Assembly (NCBI GenBank): GCA_963728995.1
Contig: CAVSMD010000001.1
Coordinates: 244,358-308,357 of the forward strand
DNA from: an uncultured Gammaproteobacteria bacterium
GTDB taxonomy: Bacteria > Pseudomonadota > Gammaproteobacteria > Steroidobacterales > Rariloculaceae
DNA: 64,000 nt
Reading direction: 5' to 3'
Shown here in pieces: positions 60,901 through 64,000 of the stretch. The position numbers and the translations under genes are program-made. Within the stretch, counting starts at the first letter, position 1, and each line of letters starts with the position of its first letter. The notes beneath the pieces were generated by a model. The model was not told where the DNA came from and made no database searches. It saw only the letters and a list, made by a program, of their open reading frames with translations.

Positions 60901-61301
60901 CAGTTGACGACCTCGCCCGGCGCCGTGCCCCAGCCGAAGCCGTCCGTGGTGCGCTTGATCGAGAGCATCCTGATGCGGTGCTCGGCCGGATCGCGACCCG
61001 GGTTGCCCGTGACGATCACGGGATCGCCGGGCCGCAACGACTGCGCGTTGATACCGCCGGCGCCGAGCTGCGTCGCGCCCTGCCACTCGACGGCCCAGCG
61101 CGTCATTGCGCCGGACTCGTCCGGCGCGAGCACGTGCAGGATCGAATGCGGGTTTCTGAACAGGAGCTGCACGACCTCGCCCTTGATCTCGATCTTTTGG
61201 TCGGCGCGGTAGATCGCCGAGAACGAGTGATGAGCGCCGGCCGGCGCCGTGAGCGCCGTCGCCGCCAGGGCCAAGACTATCGGGAGCCATCTCGATTTCA
61301 T
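60900..61301 (-). CDS. AHHS/NPH small secreted protein (DUF6152-like)
   Basis: ATG 61301 follows GGAG. The signal ends APAGA|HHSFSAIY and is followed by IKGEVVQLLFRNPHSILHV. 133 aa. Confidence 0.8.
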   Translation of the reverse strand: MKSRWLPIVLALAATALTAPAGAHHSFSAIYRADQKIEIKGEVVQLLFRNPHSILHVLAPDESGAMTRWAVEWQGATQLGAGGINAQSLRPGDPVIVTGNPGRDPAEHRIRMLSIKRTTDGFGWGTAPGEVVN

Positions 61302-61320
61302 GGTTCTGTACTCCGTGTGC

Positions 61321-62344
61321 TTATTCGGCGTCGGCGCGTCTGGCGATGTCTGCCTGCGTGCATTCCGACACCACCTTCCAGAAACGCAAGTAAGTCTCCG
61401 TGCCCATGACGAACGGATGCGGCTCGCCGGGGCGACGCGCCGCGAGCGCAGCGAGTCGCGCCGGGGTCTCGTCGAACAGCGGATGGTTCTGCACTTCGAC
61501 GTCCACACCCATGCGCCCGGCCACGTCGACGTAGTGCGCGATCGAGTCGACGTACTGCCGCAGGCCCGGCGTCTTTACGAAGCCCGCTGCGAGCACGGTT
61601 CCGCCGAACAGGCCCGCGACGTGACGCGTGCCATGGTCCTGCACGGGAAAGATGAACGCGAGCGCGCCCGGCGTGTGGCCCGGGACCGCGACCGCGGTGA
61701 TGCGCGTGTCGCCGACGGTCAGGACCTCGCCGTCGGCGAGCGCCATGTCGCGCGCCGGCGGAGGCGCGTTGGCGCCGTTGCCGCCCGGTGCGGGGCTTTG
61801 CGCGCTCGCGGCCATCGTTTGCCAGTCCGCCGCCGTCGAGACGACGTGCGCGCCGTAACGCTGTCTGGAAATAGGCGGCGCCGCCGTAGTGATCGCTGTG
61901 GCCGTGACCGAGCAGCACGAACTTCACGTTTGCGGGGTCGAGCCCGACCTCGCGGAGCGCCGGCACGACGACGGTCTCGGCCTCCCCGGGATAGCCCGAG
62001 TCGATCAACACGATGCCCGCCGACGTGGTGAGCGCGTGGACCACGGTCTCGGAGTTGCCGAGCGCGTAGAGATTGTCGAACAGCTGCACGGGCTTCAAAA
62101 CGGGAGCGGCCCGGGCGTTGGGCCGCGCGTTACCCGGCACGCAGAAGAAATCGAACGGCGCGCGCGCGTCGGTTTGGGCGAGCTCGCGGGCGCGTGCGAC
62201 ATGGGCCGCGGCCTCGGGCGAGTCGGTCGGCGGCTGGCCGCCCGCCTGCTGTGCACCGACGCCGTAGGGCGAAGCGCACGCGAGCAGGCCAATCGCCAAG
62301 CTCAATCCCGGCCCCTTCGACACGCGAGCGGCTCGCTTCGGCAT
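61321..62344 (-). CDS. MBL-fold metallo-hydrolase (subclass-B3-like), lipoprotein signal, disrupted as read
   Basis: LSLAIGLLAC lipobox, LLGHGHSDHYGG and PGHTPGA. One frame change at ~61865 joins ORF 61298..62587 to ORF 61321..61815. Confidence 0.8.
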
Positions 62345-62454
62345 GGTTCGGATCGTAGCCACGGGACCCCCCACCGCGCGGCGCGGCGTCGTCAGACAAT
62401 ATTCCCCAGTAGTGGGAATTGTCAAGCACGTTCCGGCGCGACCGGCCGCTTCCT

Positions 62455-63174
62455 TCAGCGCTTGCGTAGGCCGTCGACGACGTAGTCGCGGATGAACTGC
62501 TCGTACTCGCGGGCGACGGCTTCGGCGTCGTAATCCTTCCCGAACGCCACCTTCAGAATCGGCGCCCCCATGACGAAGAACTCGCACATTCCGATCATCG
62601 CGATGTACAGGAATGCCCCGTCGACGGACTTCGTCTCGCCTTCACGAGCAGCGGCGCGCGTCGTCCCGCGCAGCGCCGCCACGGCGACCGAGGTGAGGGA
62701 CTCGAAGAACGCTTTCGCTTCGGGCTCCTCCGACACGAAGATCTCGTCGATCATCAGCCGATGGAAGTACGGATGCTCGAGCTGAAAGCGCAGCAACGCG
62801 ACCGCGTTCGCGCGAATCTGCGCCTCGGGGTCCGCGGGAGCGGCTTGGCCGGCCGCTTCGAGCCCGCATTGCAACTCGGTGAAGAGATGCCGCGCGGCAG
62901 CAAGGAGCAAGCTCGAGCGGTTCTTGAAGTAATAGCGGATCAGGGAGCGGTCCACGCCGGCGTGCTCGGCGACGCGTAGCAGCGTCACGTCACGCGGCGC
63001 GAACTCGCGCAGCAGCTCGCAGACCTCCAGCACGATCGTATCCGAGCCGACGCGTTTGCTGCCTTGCGCCTGCGGGCGCCCGGGTTTGCGCCGCGCGCGC
63101 TTGTTGCGCTGCGGCTTGGAAAGGGACTGGCGGGGCAATGAAAGGCCTCGGTCGTGCACGAAAACCGGCCACAC
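62455..63174 (-). CDS. TetR/AcrR family transcriptional regulator
   Basis: HTH region VTLLRVAEHAGVDRSLIRYYFKNRSSLL. The start is uncertain (GTG 63174, GTG 63159 or TTG 63138). Confidence 0.85.
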   Translation of the reverse strand: MWPVFVHDRGLSLPRQSLSKPQRNKRARRKPGRPQAQGSKRVGSDTIVLEVCELLREFAPRDVTLLRVAEHAGVDRSLIRYYFKNRSSLLLAAARHLFTELQCGLEAAGQAAPADPEAQIRANAVALLRFQLEHPYFHRLMIDEIFVSEEPEAKAFFESLTSVAVAALRGTTRAAAREGETKSVDGAFLYIAMIGMCEFFVMGAPILKVAFGKDYDAEAVAREYEQFIRDYVVDGLRKR

Positions 63175-63392
63175 TTTAACTCATCGCTAGCGGCGGCGGC
63201 TCGTCTTGGATCCAGCGACGGCCGGTGATGCTCGAGCTCGGAATCGAGCTCCTCACGGCGCTGGAGCGCGAATCGATGTGATTGCTGTTCCCGGCAGAGC
63301 GGTGCTATAAATTACCTTCGCATGGGAATTAGTGGCCGGCTCTGCAATCGGCCGCTATGGGGGAAAAGCACAAGCACGGCGCAGCAAAGCGC

Positions 63393-64000
63393 ATGGGGGG
63401 GAGTGTGCATAGAATCCAGTTTTCTGGCCGCGCCGCAATTGCGTGCGGCGCTCTAGTCTCGACGTTGCAGGCGCCGGCGTTTGCCGCCGGAGCCGAAGAC
63501 GGCGCGCTCGAAGAGATCGTCGTGACGGCAACGCGGCAGAGCAGCAGCGTCAATCGCGTTGCGCTGGCCGTGACGGCCGAGACCCAGCGGGATCTCGACC
63601 AGCGGGGCGTGCAGACCATCGCGGATCTGCAGACGCTGGTGCCAGGACTCCGGCTGTCCGGCCGCGAAGCATCCGGCAATGCGACCGTGGCCATCCGTGG
63701 CATTCGTCAGCAAAGCGCCACGGCTGCGACCACCGGCTTCTATCTGGACGAAACCTCGCTGCAGAAGCGTTCCGCGGGCGGCTTTGGCTCGCAGAACGGC
63801 ACGCCGGTGCCGCCGCTGTTCGATCTGGAGCGCATCGAAGTGCTGCGGGGACCGCAGGGCACGCTGTTCGGCGGCGGTTCGGAAGGCGGCACGATCCGCT
63901 ACATCCAGACGGCGCCGAGCCTCACCGACTACTCGTCCTACGGCCGTGCACAGGTGCTTTCCACGAAGGGTGGCGACTCGGGATACGAGGCGGGCTTCGC
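63393..64000 (+). CDS. TonB-dependent receptor (3' end outside window)
   Basis: Absent from the ORF track because it runs off the window. I read it by hand: MGGSVHRIQFSGRAAIACGALVSTLQAPAFA signal, then the plug motifs LEEIVVTATRQ, TVAIRGIRQ and IEVLRGPQGTLFGGGSEGGTIRYI. There are no stops to nt 64000. Confidence 0.85.
   Translation, partial: MGGSVHRIQFSGRAAIACGALVSTLQAPAFAAGAEDGALEEIVVTATRQSSSVNRVALAVTAETQRDLDQRGVQTIADLQTLVPGLRLSGREASGNATVAIRGIRQQSATAATTGFYLDETSLQKRSAGGFGSQNGTPVPPLFDLERIEVLRGPQGTLFGGGSEGGTIRYIQTAPSLTDYSSYGRAQVLSTKGGDSGYEAGF

Noticed and set aside
1-64000. Programmed ribosomal frameshifting or transcriptional slippage as the explanation for the many frame changes.
   Set aside because: The shift sites share no slippery heptamer or homopolymer context. 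They occur in both directions, are scattered over unrelated genes, and sometimes come as compensating clusters. That is inconsistent with programmed recoding.

Overview
High-GC (about 68-70% by eye) proteobacterial chromosomal window with roughly 60 protein genes. I found no rRNA, tRNA, CRISPR array, transposase or integrase. The gene content is many TonB-dependent receptors, DUF1592/DUF1552 pairs, a TIGR03435-type protein and a cbb3 oxidase. That suggests an environmental Gammaproteobacterium of the Nevskiales/Steroidobacter/Xanthomonadales type, but the taxon is a guess.

Layout:
- 1-6.4 kb: cbb3 oxidase maturation cluster, ccoP (5' partial), ccoG, ccoH, ccoI, ccoS and a TauE/DsbD_2-like gene.
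- 6.4-11.8 kb and 37.7-44.0 kb: two copies of a module made of a secreted ankyrin-repeat protein, a DUF1592-type haem protein and a Tat-exported DUF1552 protein.
- 12.6-17.6 kb: a large TonB-dependent receptor divergent from a PepSY membrane protein.
- Housekeeping and miscellaneous genes: mtfA, dienelactone hydrolase, asd, yebC, glcG, uppP, two K+ channels, a GMC oxidoreductase with its small subunit, an NHS transporter, a TIM-barrel gene, GNAT, SGNH hydrolase, DUF481, DUF3500, an NHL propeller and MFS transporters.
- 44.1-46.6 kb: a lower-GC islet.
- 54.5-55.3 kb: a mazEF toxin-antitoxin pair abutting a MITE-like inverted-repeat element.

The most interesting signal is a recurrent, apparently uncharacterised secreted gene set:
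- (a) Small proteins whose mature N-terminus is predicted to be His-His-Ser, with an invariant NPH motif. There are four free-standing copies and one fused copy.
- (b) A paralogous family with a G-x-W/F-E/D-G-D-T-L-V motif and two conserved Cys, in seven copies.
- (c) MBL-fold or other hydrolases.

These are linked by two domain fusions. They are concentrated in a TetR-headed seven-gene operon (55.5-63.2 kb) that is divergent from a second TonB-dependent receptor.

Major caveat: about 35-40 apparent 1-nt indels break at least 18 otherwise recognisable genes, so the sequence is either error-rich or heavily pseudogenised. Family names (DUF numbers, TIGR numbers) come from memory of sequence signatures, not from searches.
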